From Selaginella moellendorffii (taxonomy: Eukaryota > Plantae > Lycopodiophyta): DNA of 64,000 bases. The notes beneath the pieces were generated by a model. The model had not been told where the DNA came from, did not search any database, and was given only the letters and a program-made list of their open reading frames with translations. Of the stretch, positions 52,401-63,900 are shown piece after piece (within the stretch, counting starts at the first letter, position 1; every line of letters begins with the position of its first letter). The stretch lies in contig NW_003314264.1 of NCBI RefSeq assembly GCF_000143415.4, positions 3,295,710-3,359,709 of the forward strand. Direction: 5' to 3'. The position numbers and the translations under genes are program-made.

Positions 52401-52624
52401 AGGCTGATATGTTGGTGGTACCTTAGGGTGTCGGTCATGGGATCGGACACGTGGAGCACTTGGACCAAGTGTATAGGTTGAGTGGCGGTTGAGTGAATGC
52501 CATTCTCGGGGCTAGTAAGCCTAAGTCCAAAATAGGACTTACGGAGGTTGTGAGTGAGACTCCTCCAAGTGGTCGGAGGTGCGGTTAAGTGACTAAAGCA
52601 GAATGGAAAAATTAGTCGCTTACA
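43402..52624 (+). mobile_element. Element B: LARD-like LTR retroelement, same family as A, opposite orientation
   Basis: TSD CATTG (43397-43401 / 52625-52629). 5' LTR 43402-46762 is split by a solo LTR. PBS TAGTATCGGAGC 46766-46777 (mutated), PPT before 50787, 3' LTR 50787-52624 (starts TC). Interior colinear with the reverse complement of 11444-15502. Confidence 0.95.
43588..45249 (+). mobile_element. Solo LTR of the A/B family nested in the 5' LTR of element B
   Basis: TGTGAG...CTTACA ends with its own TSD CAAGG (43583-43587 / 45250-45254); the host LTR resumes at 45255. Confidence 0.93.
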
Positions 52625-55566
52625 CATTGGCATGCACCGATTGGGCTCTCAAGTGCAGTCCGGTTACAGATGGCGTCTAGCCTCACGCCATCTTAGGATG
52701 CAGCCTCAAGACATCTGATGCAGTGGTGAATGGCGTGTGGCCTCACGTTATTTCCAGCTGCTAGCTTTTCATCTGTCAGCTCTAATTGTTGTGCATTTCT
52801 GAACAGGCGAGGAATTGCGTTCTTCTTCCAGCCACTGTCAATGTGGATGCAGAGAAGGGGGAGGAGCTCACCAGTTGGACTTTCGGGATGGAAGGCGAGG
52901 ATCTGAGGCTGTACAACACAGATGGTGGGAGAAAAGAATGCATGGGGATCCTCATCCAAGTGACAGACACTCCATGCAGTTCCATGCAAGAATATGGACT
53001 GGCACTTGTGGTAGAGACAGCGTCCGCCTTCAAGATCCACCTTGCACATCCTAGCGGCTTCCCGGAGGGGGGCAGCGGCTATGAGGAATTCCTAGAGGGA
53101 GCTAGGGAGAGGTTGTCCAGGAGGCCCACAATTTCAAAGACACTGCGGGTCTATGAAGATCACATGGAATCCACGAACTTCACCTACGGCGATGTTCAAA
53201 AACTATATTCCGACATTGAGCCGTTGAGAGTGACTCCAGTTCGCGAAGCGAAGGGGAAGGGGGTCGATCTGGAAACTACCCCGAAACAGAAAAGGGTGGT
53301 CAAGCTCAAGCCGACATCCGACTCTCCTGCTCCAAAAAAGAAGCTACTCGGTGATGCCATTGCCTCGGGTTCGAACACTACACCCACCAAAAAGAAGAGC
53401 CGCAAAGAGCAGAAAGAGCAAAAAGAGGCAGCAAAAATCGTCGCAGATAATAGTACTTGTTACTATTCCAACAAAGTATATACAATCGACGTGAGCCACA
53501 TCGACATCCAAAGCAAATACAACCACAGGCTAGTATCTGATGAGTGGGTGGAGAAACTGAAGCAGAAGATGCTGGCAAGTCCAGTAACACCCGACATCGC
53601 AGACGTGATCCCCTACTACCGAACAATGAAGGGCGAGACGAGGTTTCTAAACTTGATCAATAGGAAGGTGTTGGACGATCAGAACATCCGGTTCTATGCC
53701 GTCTCCAGGCAGCATTCTAGCTTGGCGATGCAAGAGATAGTTGTGGATATTATGGTGGGCGAGGAGGTGAAGAAAGTCTTCAAGACAAGAGTTGTCCGCC
53801 TGATAAAAGGCAACTCACCCCTCCGATCTATCATATACATCTCCCACACGCAGAATGTCAAGCAAGAAACGTGCTACAAATTGGGTCTGCACGAGACATT
53901 GGCACGAACACGGAAGCTCTGGGTTTAACTGAAGAAGCCACAAAAACCAGGACAAGGACATGCACTAGCAACTAGCGCCTTGCTGGTAAGCCTCGTTGCA
54001 TGTGGCATAGCATGTGGCCTCACGCCATTTCCATTGCAGGAATTCTCGAGTCTTCTCTCGAAAACACTGGGGGTCAATGACACACTCAGCATCCATAACA
54101 TTCTACTCGCGACAAAAGTTGTTTTTGACAAATGGGTAGATGTGCTGAGGAGGTACTATGACGGGGAGTTGCTAAACTCAATGGGTGTGGAGGACGGCCG
54201 GAAGCCCAATGATTTGAAGCTCAACGCCTTGCGTTTCTCGCGGTCTCTAGACGACGACGACCTTCTGACAGTGGCTAACGCTCTTCTACATGGTGAGGTA
54301 GTCTTCAACAAGACCAAAATGACTCCCGGCCATATTGTGACATACGAGGACTTGTGCACGACTCTGAGAGCTCGTGCGCTATTGAAGGATTGGATCTTCG
54401 AGCAAGTGGCCATGGAGAGGGTGAGCATCGACACCATGCAAGAGATGATGGAAGAGCTGGAGTTGTCAAATGAAGATATCGACGAGTACGTGAAGGGGGC
54501 CCCCAAGTTCATCGATCTGCTGCGGGATGCCACGAAAAGTAAAGCTGAGAAGTTGGATCAGTATCCAAATTTCATTAAGAGGGATGTCGACCGCCGGCTT
54601 CAGAAACAGCTCGACCCCGCAGCAGAGGCCTATCGAGAACCTTACCGGGTATACGTGAATTCGGATGAGGATCAAAGGTGGAGGAGCATCGTTTCCCGCG
54701 AAGATGAGCAGGTCAAGAACATCTTTTGTGTGATGGACTTCACAAACGAGGAGATCACTCATGCAGACGAAGTCAGCTCCATCATTGACTTAATGGTGGG
54801 ACTTGCGGAGGTGGAATCTTTAGTCCACTATATGATCTACGACTCCGAATCCTATCACAAGTTCTGGAAGGCCTTGAACGAGGTGAAGGCTCGGTTGAAA
54901 GGCAAGGAGATGCGGGAGATCCATGGGATAATGGCTAAGAAGAAGATACCGACGAATGTCCGCATCTTCACACTCGCCCTTGTTATTGGTCCTGCAGCAG
55001 AGTGGGACTAGAGTGACTTCCCAGCTTCGTTCGACAAGGCCGATCGAATTGATCTGAGGGAGGTCAATTTACCTGTGCCTGAGGAACTGAAGACGGCTAT
55101 GGAGCTTTGTCTGAGATGGCATGTATTTATTTAAAAATGTAACTTATTATGGCATGGGGTTCCATGCCATTGTATTAATATTAAAAGACAATTCTTTGAG
55201 AGGATTTGCATTATACTAGAAGTGTTACAGTGTGTTACAGCATGTTATTGGAAGTCTACGAAGTTGTTTTATTAATAAGGGGAAAGTAAAGATTGAATGG
55301 GGACTTGGGCTCCACCTAGACTCGGAGCAACTGAGCCAATATTAAAAGGATGGAAAGAAATTGGATGACGATGACAAGGAGAAGAGAGAGGTGAAGCAGT
55401 GGCAGGGGGAGGAGAAGTGATTGAGTAGACATTTCCTTGTTTAAAATAAAATGGCATGTGCCTCAATGCAATTGAATTTTGTTATATTTATATACTATAT
55501 AAAGGTTTGGAAACCTTATTTTACAAGTGGGATAATGACAATTCCCACTTTAACGAAATAGAGCTT

Positions 55567-58500
55567 CTTTACTAACTACGTTTTTAATGTTGCATCTTGC
55601 AGTCTAAGCCTGATTAGTCTTTTGATAACTTTGATATTCCTTTTTATTGCTTGCACTTTGTGGAAAACTTTTCTTCGCTTGCTTTGTGTTTTTTTCCGGA
55701 TTTCATTGGCTATCTTTATCATGAACTTATGCAAATCCCCTCCCCCTTGCTAATTCCACTTTTCTTTTATGTATCCATTGAGTTCCCCATCATCAAAGTT
55801 TTTTCTTGATATTGGTGGAGGCCTCTTTGTTCCCCACCTCTTTAAGATGGGGAGAGTCAATGATATTGAGTTATGGTCTGAGAAATCTTTATATCCTATG
55901 GTAATATCCAACTTTCCACTATTTTGACATAGCTTGGGTGACACATAAAACCTATCTAGTCTTTGTTGGATTTCTTGTTGTTGGTGTTCTTGCCATGTGT
56001 ACCTTAGTTGGTGTTGCATAAAACCGGGGATATTGTAAGTATCTTCAAGCCCTAGTGCAAACACTACTTGTGCCCACGTTGCTCTTTCTCTTTTTGTCCT
56101 TTTATCTCTCATTTCTCCCCCTTCTTTGTCTAACTCTTTTTCCATAAAGTTGAAGTCTCTAGTGACCATCCATGTCAAGGGTTGTGCAGGTAGTTGGCAT
56201 ACTAACTCATTCCAAAAATCTGCCCTTTTGGATAAGCTCTCTATTGGCACATACACATTCAGGAAGCTCACTAACATATCCCCAATCCTAAATTGAACAC
56301 ACTGTGCTCTACTCGGTATCAGTATTGGATGATCTTCACACAAGGATTCCCATGATCCTTTTACTACTATTAGTGTACCTCCACTATATGAGACTGCCAA
56401 ATTCCAAAAATATTTTCCCTTTGTAAACTTATAAACTAGGTCCACATTTGAGAGTTTTATGCTCTTGCACACACAAGAAGTCAAAACATTGAGTCACTCC
56501 TATTTATCTAAGATATTGTTTAAGCTTTGTTCTCTTATTATTCACAATTGATCTCTCCTTTCTTAGTCCTCCCACATTCCATGTCCGTACATTGATGTTA
56601 AACATTTTAGAATCCTTGGACATTGCCAAGACACTATCTCTCCACCCAATGATATGGTCCCATTGAATGGAGTGGCCATGCAAATAGGATTTTCATAGTT
56701 CCCCATAACTTAAATGAGTTCGGTGCCTACTCCATGAAATGATCTTCTCGAATCGAGAACCTCTGCAGATTCCAATTGAAGTTGTACACCAATATATCTT
56801 CTAGAGTCTGGCCATTATCTTGTTCTAGTGCATAGCTGACTCTATTGTCGATCCACTCCCCCAGAAACTTGGGAGGAGCTCTACTTTGAAATGGCTCTTC
56901 TCAGGGGAGTAAAACCTAGTGGACATATCCCTTTTGCAACATCCTCCATTCTTGATCTTGATCATGATTGTTGTTGCTCAGGCCCACAAGCTCTCTATGT
57001 TGTTTATTGTGGAGGCAGCTCTTCCTTATCTTGGATGGTCTCTACTTCCAGGCCCTATCCCCTTGCCTCCTCCCCATTATGTCCTTCCACGACTCTTCCT
57101 GTCAGTCTTTAGCCTTCCTAACCTTTGATTTGAAGCTTCTTGCTTTCCCCACTCGAGGCCAATTTCTCTCTTGTATCTCTTTCCACTCTAGCCTCCCCAT
57201 TTCTTCCGTTCCAAGCCACTTGCCGCTTTTTGTTGCTCCTCGCCTAACTCCTGAGCCTTGCCCCCCCCCCTATTTTTCGCCTAAGTCTTTCACATCCTCC
57301 GATACTATTGTGACTATCACATTGTGATATGCCAATGCTGCACATATCTAGTCCGCTATCACAAAACCTGCTGGGACCGTTCCTTCCACTATCACATGGA
57401 TAGTTTCTTTGGCCCTTCCCACTTGCAGTTTTACAGCTCTTCTATAAACTCTTCTGGGTCCACTTTCAACACATTGTTTGCTGGCCCATGTGGCATTCTG
57501 GGTGGCATTATCTCTTCAATATTCACTAGGGGTGGTCCAAACTGGACTATGGGTGCATCTGAGCACACAAACATTTTTGAGTACTATGACAGTAGGTACC
57601 CTATTTCCGGCCTTTTCTTCCCTTTTGGGGATATCTCGACCTCTGGAGTTAACTCTTCCTAGAGCTCCTTTGAAGACTACGCCTCCCATTGTCCTACCTC
57701 TTCCCATTTCCCTTTCCCTTTGTCTTCCCTCATCCTATTCCACATTTCTTGCCTAATCAGTGCTTCATATGTTCATGTTATCAGATCCATTTCCCTTGGT
57801 CCCTCCTGTCTAGCCTCCTACTCTCGTGCTTCCTTACTGGCCTTTTCTCTTTCTTGGCTCACTTCTTCTTCCAGCAGCTTCTTTGCATCCTCTTCTGCCA
57901 GGCATTTGGCCTCTTGCTCCTTCCTTTTATTTACTTCTTGAATTTCTTTGAAACAAGGAGGGTGTAAGCTCTTGAGTTTGGACTTCCCGAGAGGTCACCC
58001 AGTACTATTCAAACCCAAGGACACTTAACCCCAAATATCCCAAGACCCTTAACCGATTGGAAAAGGCCAGTAAAGAAGCACTTATGGATCGTCTCTCGAG
58101 TCGTTCCTTTTGGTTGCTTACAATCCACCATGCTTCTCTACAACTTCACGCCCTTGTGAACGGAAGCTGAGAGCCGCAGCTCTCCCGAGAGCCCCACTCT
58201 CTTAACACCCTACCCCTCAGGTCAAGCCCAGCGGGAGCCCCGCTCTCTTGACACCCTACCCCTCAGGTCAAGCCCAGTGGGAGCAAACTGGACCAGCCAG
58301 ATGTCAATCAACATGTGGTGCAATTCCCCTAGCCAACCAACAGAGTCGGACCCGAGACCTCTCTGATACCAAATGTAAGCTCTTGAGTTTGGACTTCCCG
58401 AGAGGTCACCCAGCCCAGTACTATTCAAACCCAAGGACGCTTAACCCCAAATATCCCAAGACCCTTAACCGATTGGAAAAGGGGGTGCACTCTTATTCAT

Positions 58501-59802
58501 GGGCCCTTTCCTTCTATATTTGAACCCCTATGGATCGTCTCTCGAGTCGTTCTCTTTGGTTGCTTACAGAGGGCCTTTGTCCAATAGGCAATTTTGCTTT
58601 ACTTGTCATTTGATCCTTGCAGGAGATGCCACCCCTACTTCCTTCCCAATGCTTTCTTTTTCCACCTTTGCTGCTGGATTTTCCTTGCCTTTCCCTAGAA
58701 ATTTGGTCACAAAGTTCCTTCTGGGTGCTCTTAGAAGGGGCACTCCCTCGTCTTTGCTTGACTTCGTCTACCTTTTATTCTCAACATTGACTGATGATAC
58801 CTCTCCTACCAATACTTCTTTTGGGTCTTAATCCTAAACTTCCGACAGTTGCACTCCCTTGGCTCTCCCTCTTGCTGTGCTCATCCTCACTATTGTCTTG
58901 GCTTGTGGCATTTTTCCCCCGTTGCTTTCCCCCTTTTCTCCTTTTGACTATTGTTTTTCCCTTTGCCCCTTGCCTACTTTCTACTTTCCCAACCCTTCCC
59001 TTCCTTGTCTACCTTGCACCTCTTCCCTTTCAGGGATTCTTTCTGATTTCTCCCTTTCTCTTCCCTCTTTCTCACCCCCTTTTTTTTGTCTTCTCTTTGT
59101 CCCTCATCTATTACAGAAAACAATGCCCTCTGAATTGACAAGTCCCCTTTAAATAGCATTGACCCTAGATGCCACATGTCACTTCTTAACTTGATGTGCT
59201 CTGTTCCACGTCCTTTCCTGTCCACATTGACAGTCCATATGATGGGTTTCTCGGCTTCTTCGGCTTCTCCTTAGATACTACACCACCACACATCCCTTCT
59301 TTAGATCACCTACCTATCGTTTCCCATGCATCTCCATGTGTCATTCTGTCCTTCTTCCCCTCTCTTTCAATAGTGACCGGTCCAGCTCCTTCACTTCCCA
59401 CTCATTGGATGGGGATGTCATCCTCTCTATCCTCATATTCTGCTAATTTGCCAAGATCTTCGCAGTTATGCCCCTTTTCCCCTCCTTTAAATCATTCCTT
59501 GGATTTCCTATGCCCAGTGTCTTTTATGATATTGCCAAATGTGCTGTCGATTTGCTGGAATTCCCATTTATCTGCCGCCTAGCCATTGTCTCGGGATTCC
59601 TAGCTTGCTCCATCCCTCCCATCTTGTTTTGCTGTGTGTCTACTTTCTCTTTTGTTCCCTCTTTTCTACTCTGGCACATCCTAGTTGTCTAGATTAGCAA
59701 TTTTTTGCCTTTGAACATCATGATCCTATTTTGAGTTTTTCACTTCTTTTCTTGAGCATTTCTTGGGCCAACAAGCTTAGTCTTCCGATTTAAGCAAGAT
59801 TC
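55567..59802 (-). mobile_element. L1-type LINE, 5' part (APE endonuclease and ORF1 region)
   Basis: Endonuclease motifs FLNVYVP, DFNF, YTW, RLDRFYVS and FSDH at 55750-56600. Purine-rich (minus strand) decayed ORF1 upstream. Continuous with 34835-38283 across the transposon TSD. Confidence 0.85.
57963..58568 (-). mobile_element. Cassandra-like TRIM with a 5S rRNA-derived segment in its LTRs
   Basis: LTRs 58374-58568 and 57963-58122 (TGTAAGC...GCTTACA), TSD GAGGG, PBS reverse complement CTCTGATACCA 58361-58371, 46-bp internal tandem repeat. Minus strand of 58391-58445 reads GTTAAGCGTCCTTGGGTTTGAATAGTACTGGGCTGGGTGACCTCTCGGGAAGTCC, colinear with the plant 5S A-box to C-box region. Confidence 0.92.
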
Positions 59803-60409
59803 CCTATGTGGAAATTAACCTTACCTTTGTCAACTGGGTTTTACTTATTTATTCTCTATAAAACCATAAATTCTAGTTAAATTAAATTAAATTAAATTAA
59901 CTAAATTAAATTATCCTTACCTTTGTCAACTGGGTTTTCTCTATAAAACCATAGTGTCTAGTTTTGCCATGCTCGAAATTGGAAAAGAGCAGAGAGGTAG
60001 GGGTTGAGGGGGCCAGAGCCATACTAAAGCTCAAGGTCGTGTCCGTCGTGGTCCATGTGGTTGATGTCCCAAATAGGGAGGTCAAGGGACTTGGGGAGGT
60101 ACACATTCCATCACTTTTGGACAAGTGATGCCTTGATATCTATACTAGGGTGTGAATTGGATTAAGGTGGTTTATTGGGATGTACAGGTATAAAAAAGCT
60201 GTGATAACTCTTCTAAAGCATCACTATTAATAAAATCTTGCAGCTCTATAATATACAATTGGCAATAATTTGAGAGTCTAGTTTTAGAATGGTATAGGAT
60301 TTTGGCTAATGAAGATATTGAAGTAGTTTTTGTTCAACTTTATATACATTTTAGTTGAGTTTTTTGGTTTGCATAAACAAAACCTATAAAGTCTTAGTGG
60401 ATATATTTA

Positions 60410-60921
60410 AAACATAAAATATGGAAATGGAATACAGAAATGTTAATTAGCCCAAAACCTTAGCTTATATATAAGAATGAATGGTCTGGATTGAAATCAA
60501 TTTGATAGCTATCAAAATCCCATTATGCTAATATTAGTATATGGCATTGTAGTTGTACACTTGGACCTCACATCATCCCTTCTTCTCAGAATGATGGAAG
60601 ACAATCAAAGTTCTCTCTTGGACGGGCTGAGATCTAAAGGAACATCAGGAGGAGACATTAGTGAATCTATAAGCGGTGCCAGTTATTCTTGAACCCTTTG
60701 TATAAAGTGTTTTAGCCGCTGCACATACACAATTTTTGGAGGATTGGTCTATTGGATGTCATGCCAAACCTTATAAACTTATGATCTAACTTGCTGCAAC
60801 ACCTAATATGGTCCCTTCCACTAAGCAAGAAGCCTATTAGACAAACCATATACCGTAAGATTGGGAAAATAGATTAGTTATCCACTTTATATGCCATAGA
60901 TAGATGATAATGGGAGTTGTA
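60410..60921 (-). mobile_element. Decayed copy of the gypsy 3' end seen at 8170-8695
   Basis: Colinear LTR remnant, PPT reverse complement TCATCCCTTCTTCTC and integrase C-terminus; cut at 60921 by the chromovirus LTR. Confidence 0.85.
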
Positions 60922-63900
60922 TGTAAGCCATAAATTTTTCCTTTTGTAGCGCATCTTATCTCTCTTCCCTTAAACCAACTGGAAAAGGGGCAATTGCTTG
61001 ATGAGAGAGCCCTTGGTGGCTATTTTATCCCCATTTATCCCCCAAGGTTCCAAGGATCCATAGTGACAGTATATCCAAATCTCATCCCATGATCACATGC
61101 GCTACACTCACCCCCCCTTCAGAGATGTCAATGTCCTCATTGACTATTGACTAGGAACCCCTATTAAGCCAAAGGGAATCAGCACCTCCATTTCTGCACT
61201 CAATCTACCAATCCTTCCATTGTGTAGACCAACTATTCCATGTGAGGCAACTAGTCATCCACCCGTACCGAAGTCCCACGGTGGATACCTTCGTCCGTGG
61301 ATACACCACACAAGAGGAAGGACATACGCATGGATGTCCAATACGTACGATTTCAAATTTAGGGGTAGGAATATATCTTGCTCAAGGGTATATTATATTT
61401 TTAAGTAGCCACTAATCAATGGGAATCGAACCCGTGCCATTTGCTCCGATACCAACGGTAGCGCACCTTATCTCTCTCCTCTTAAACCAACTAGAAAAGG
61501 GGCAATTGCTTGATGAGAGAGCCCTTAGTGGCTATTTTATCCCCATTTATCCCCCAAGGTTCCAAGGATCCACGGTGACAGTATATCCAAATCTTATCCC
61601 ATGATCACATGTGTTACACCTTTTCAATTTGCTAGCTTTAAGACTGGTTTTCAGACCTCATTATCCCTACTAGACTTTTGGAACCCCCTACAACTTCCCC
61701 CATGGGAGACACATACTTTGGGCTTTCACCCCACGACCTATATTAGTATTCAAACTCGGTCTTAGACTCAATCTTAAACTCAATCTTATATTCGATCTTA
61801 GACTCAATCTTGGATGCGGCCTCGGACTTGGTTTTGGACTCGATCTTGGACTCGATCTCGGACCCAACCTTGGACTCTGTCTCGGACTCGGTCTCAGACC
61901 CAATCTTGGACCTCGGACTTGGTCTCGAACTCAGTTTTAAACTCAATCTTGAACTCGGTCTCAGAGTTGGTCTTGGACTTAATCTTAAACTCAGTCTCAA
62001 ACTCGGTCTCATCCGATAAACTTTTTATCATTTCAATTGTGGTTTCAGGGATCCTTTATCCTACAACACCTCGTGTTGGTTCCTTACAACTACACCACCC
62101 ATAAAAGAAGTTCGACACCCACATCGATCATCTCTTTTTAATCCTACAACTTGTTGACCATGTCTCCGGGGGCATCCCCCCATTTAGCGGTATACCTAAG
62201 TTAGCCTCCCCGGCCAAAAGCCCATGACAATGGAGTATAGATGTCCCTATACCTCTCATCTCACCACACCCTAGTATGGGGTTGGGACTTGAACCAAGCC
62301 TTGCTTTACTAAAGGGTTGGGATTCGAACCCAACCTCCATAGAATATGTCTACAGATTTGACATCCATGTGGGGAGTTGGGCATAGTTCCTTATGCCTGG
62401 TCAACCTAGTTAAGCCATGTTAATTAGCTTACTTTTGGCGTGCCTTCATGTCCCAATGTATAATATTACTCAATTTTTCAAATAGATTCTAGGTTCTCCT
62501 CGGGTTCCCATGTTGCTTCTCAATGTTGAAATCCTTTCCACTTCACATGGAACTCCCTCACCTCACGTTTTTGTCGCTTGTTCATACGCACATTAAGAAT
62601 GGCCTCGACCTCGTATTCCTCTTCCCCTTGGATGACCTTAGGTAAAGGTTTTATTTGGTTTTTGTAAAGTGGATCCTTAAAGTACGGCTTGAGGAAGTTC
62701 ACGTGGAACATAAAGTGCATCTTCCCCATCTCCTAAGAAAGTTGGAGGTGGTAAGCCACTTTACCAATTTGAGCCTCAATTTCATAAGGCCCTGCAAACC
62801 TACTTAAGGAATTCAAGATCAGTTCATTTTCAGGAATACATGCATTTTACCTTTGGGTCAACTTCCAGTTGATCCCACTTGGTAATTTTAGGTTCTTAGT
62901 GTTCAGCCACACCTTTTCCCTATGTTAGAATTCTATGTCTAGATGTTTATGGTTCACATATTTAATTTGCCTTTGTTGAGCCTGTTCCAAGGAATCCCTT
63001 ACTAAATTCCAAATGTTGAGTCTTTTATTGTTCACTATAGGCAACTTTCCATGATACTCGGCCACACCGAGTTCCACAGGATCTTCAATAGCTTGCCTAT
63101 TGATGACTTCCCATGGACTCACCTCGATACTCAAATGTAATGAGTTGTTATAGCACATTTCTGCAAGTTCCAAATGACTTACCCAATCAGTCTTGTCTCT
63201 AGAGACATAGCATCGTAAATAATCCTCTATCTGTCTATTCACCTTTTTCGTTTATCCATCTGTTAAGAAGTGTTATTGCCTCAAACTTAACTTAATACCA
63301 AATATCTGTTTGTGGGTGATACACTATGCTGAATTTCAACTTGATGCAATATTGTTCTAGAAAAGTTCTTCAGAACTTACTAGTGAAGATCTTATCTCAA
63401 TATGAGATAATTTTTCTTGGCCTTCCCTGCACTTAAACCACTTGTTTGAAGAACAGCTTCACCATATATTTTGCATCCACTTCTGTTGTGGTATGAAATG
63501 TGCCATCTTCGAAAACTAGTCCACCACCATAAATATCACATCAAACCCCTCACTTAGGGGGAATCCCATGATAAAATCCATTGTAAAGCATTTCCACGGA
63601 CGATTTGGAATTCAGAAGTTTTGTAACAAGCCCCACTAGCCTTAGTCATAGCTTTGACTTGTTGACATGTTGGATATGTCTTTACATAGTCTTGGACGTC
63701 CTTAGCTATGTTTGGCTAGTGATATTTTTTCTTGAGTAAACCCATTGTCTTAAGCACTCCACTATATCCTGCAAAAGGTCCATCATAACACTCTTCTAGT
63801 CTTTTCTTCAGTGGGTGGCTTGTCTTTTTGGTGAGCATCTTACACTTCTTGGTTCCTTAGCAACACTTTTTGTGTTAAACCATCATTCTCAGATGTTATC

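Larger units (their letters stand above)
43337..55011 (+). pseudogene. Transposon accessory gene with a ParB/Srx-like domain (about 720 aa predicted; one premature stop)
   Basis: ATG|GTAAGT at 43337-43345. Acceptor at 52806 puts exon 52807-53985 in frame (TAA at 53926, probably from CAA). 54-nt intron 53986-54039, exon from 54040. ParB-like pattern TIDVSHI..YNHRLVSDEWVEKLKQKM...FYAVSRQHSSLAM...RVVRL...ISHTQN. Confidence 0.7.
38727..55472. repeat. Dispersed 22-bp palindrome ATGGCRTGWGGCCWCAYGCCAT, about 14 copies
   Basis: Copies start at 38727, 38784, 40387, 40484, 40986 (degenerate), 41061, 41911, 41990, 43365, 52670, 52730, 54007, 55149 and 55451 (degenerate); all lie inside the TIRs. Confidence 0.9.
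38284..55566. mobile_element. TIR DNA transposon, Sola-like, two divergent genes; about 8055 bp native plus a 9228-bp nested LTR insert
   Basis: Perfect 24-bp TIRs AAGCTCTATTTCGTTAAAGTGGGA (38284-38307) / TCCCACTTTAACGAAATAGAGCTT (55543-55566). 4-bp TSD CTTT (38280-38283 / 55567-55570). Removing the element restores the LINE ORF2 frame (..LVKTKDQLFTLR..). Confidence 0.93.

Noticed and set aside
53926-53928. Stop-codon readthrough or U-to-C editing in transposon genes (also TAG 39837, TAG 55009)
   Set aside because: All are explained by single transitions typical of decaying nuclear TEs; U-to-C editing is organellar.
38727-55472. Palindromic repeats as a CRISPR array or REP-like system
   Set aside because: Spacing is irregular (57 bp to kilobases), there are no uniform spacers or cas genes, and the context is eukaryotic with introns.
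58391-58445. Functional 5S rRNA gene
   Set aside because: Only the internal ~55 nt match; the 5' and 3' ends of 5S are absent and the segment lies in an LTR.
56891-59692. Plus-strand F/L/S/P-rich ORFs resembling membrane proteins
   Set aside because: Antisense shadows of the purine-rich LINE ORF1 on the minus strand.
59872-59912. (AATTA)n tract; also poly-C at 1593-1607
   Set aside because: Ordinary simple repeats with no further structure.
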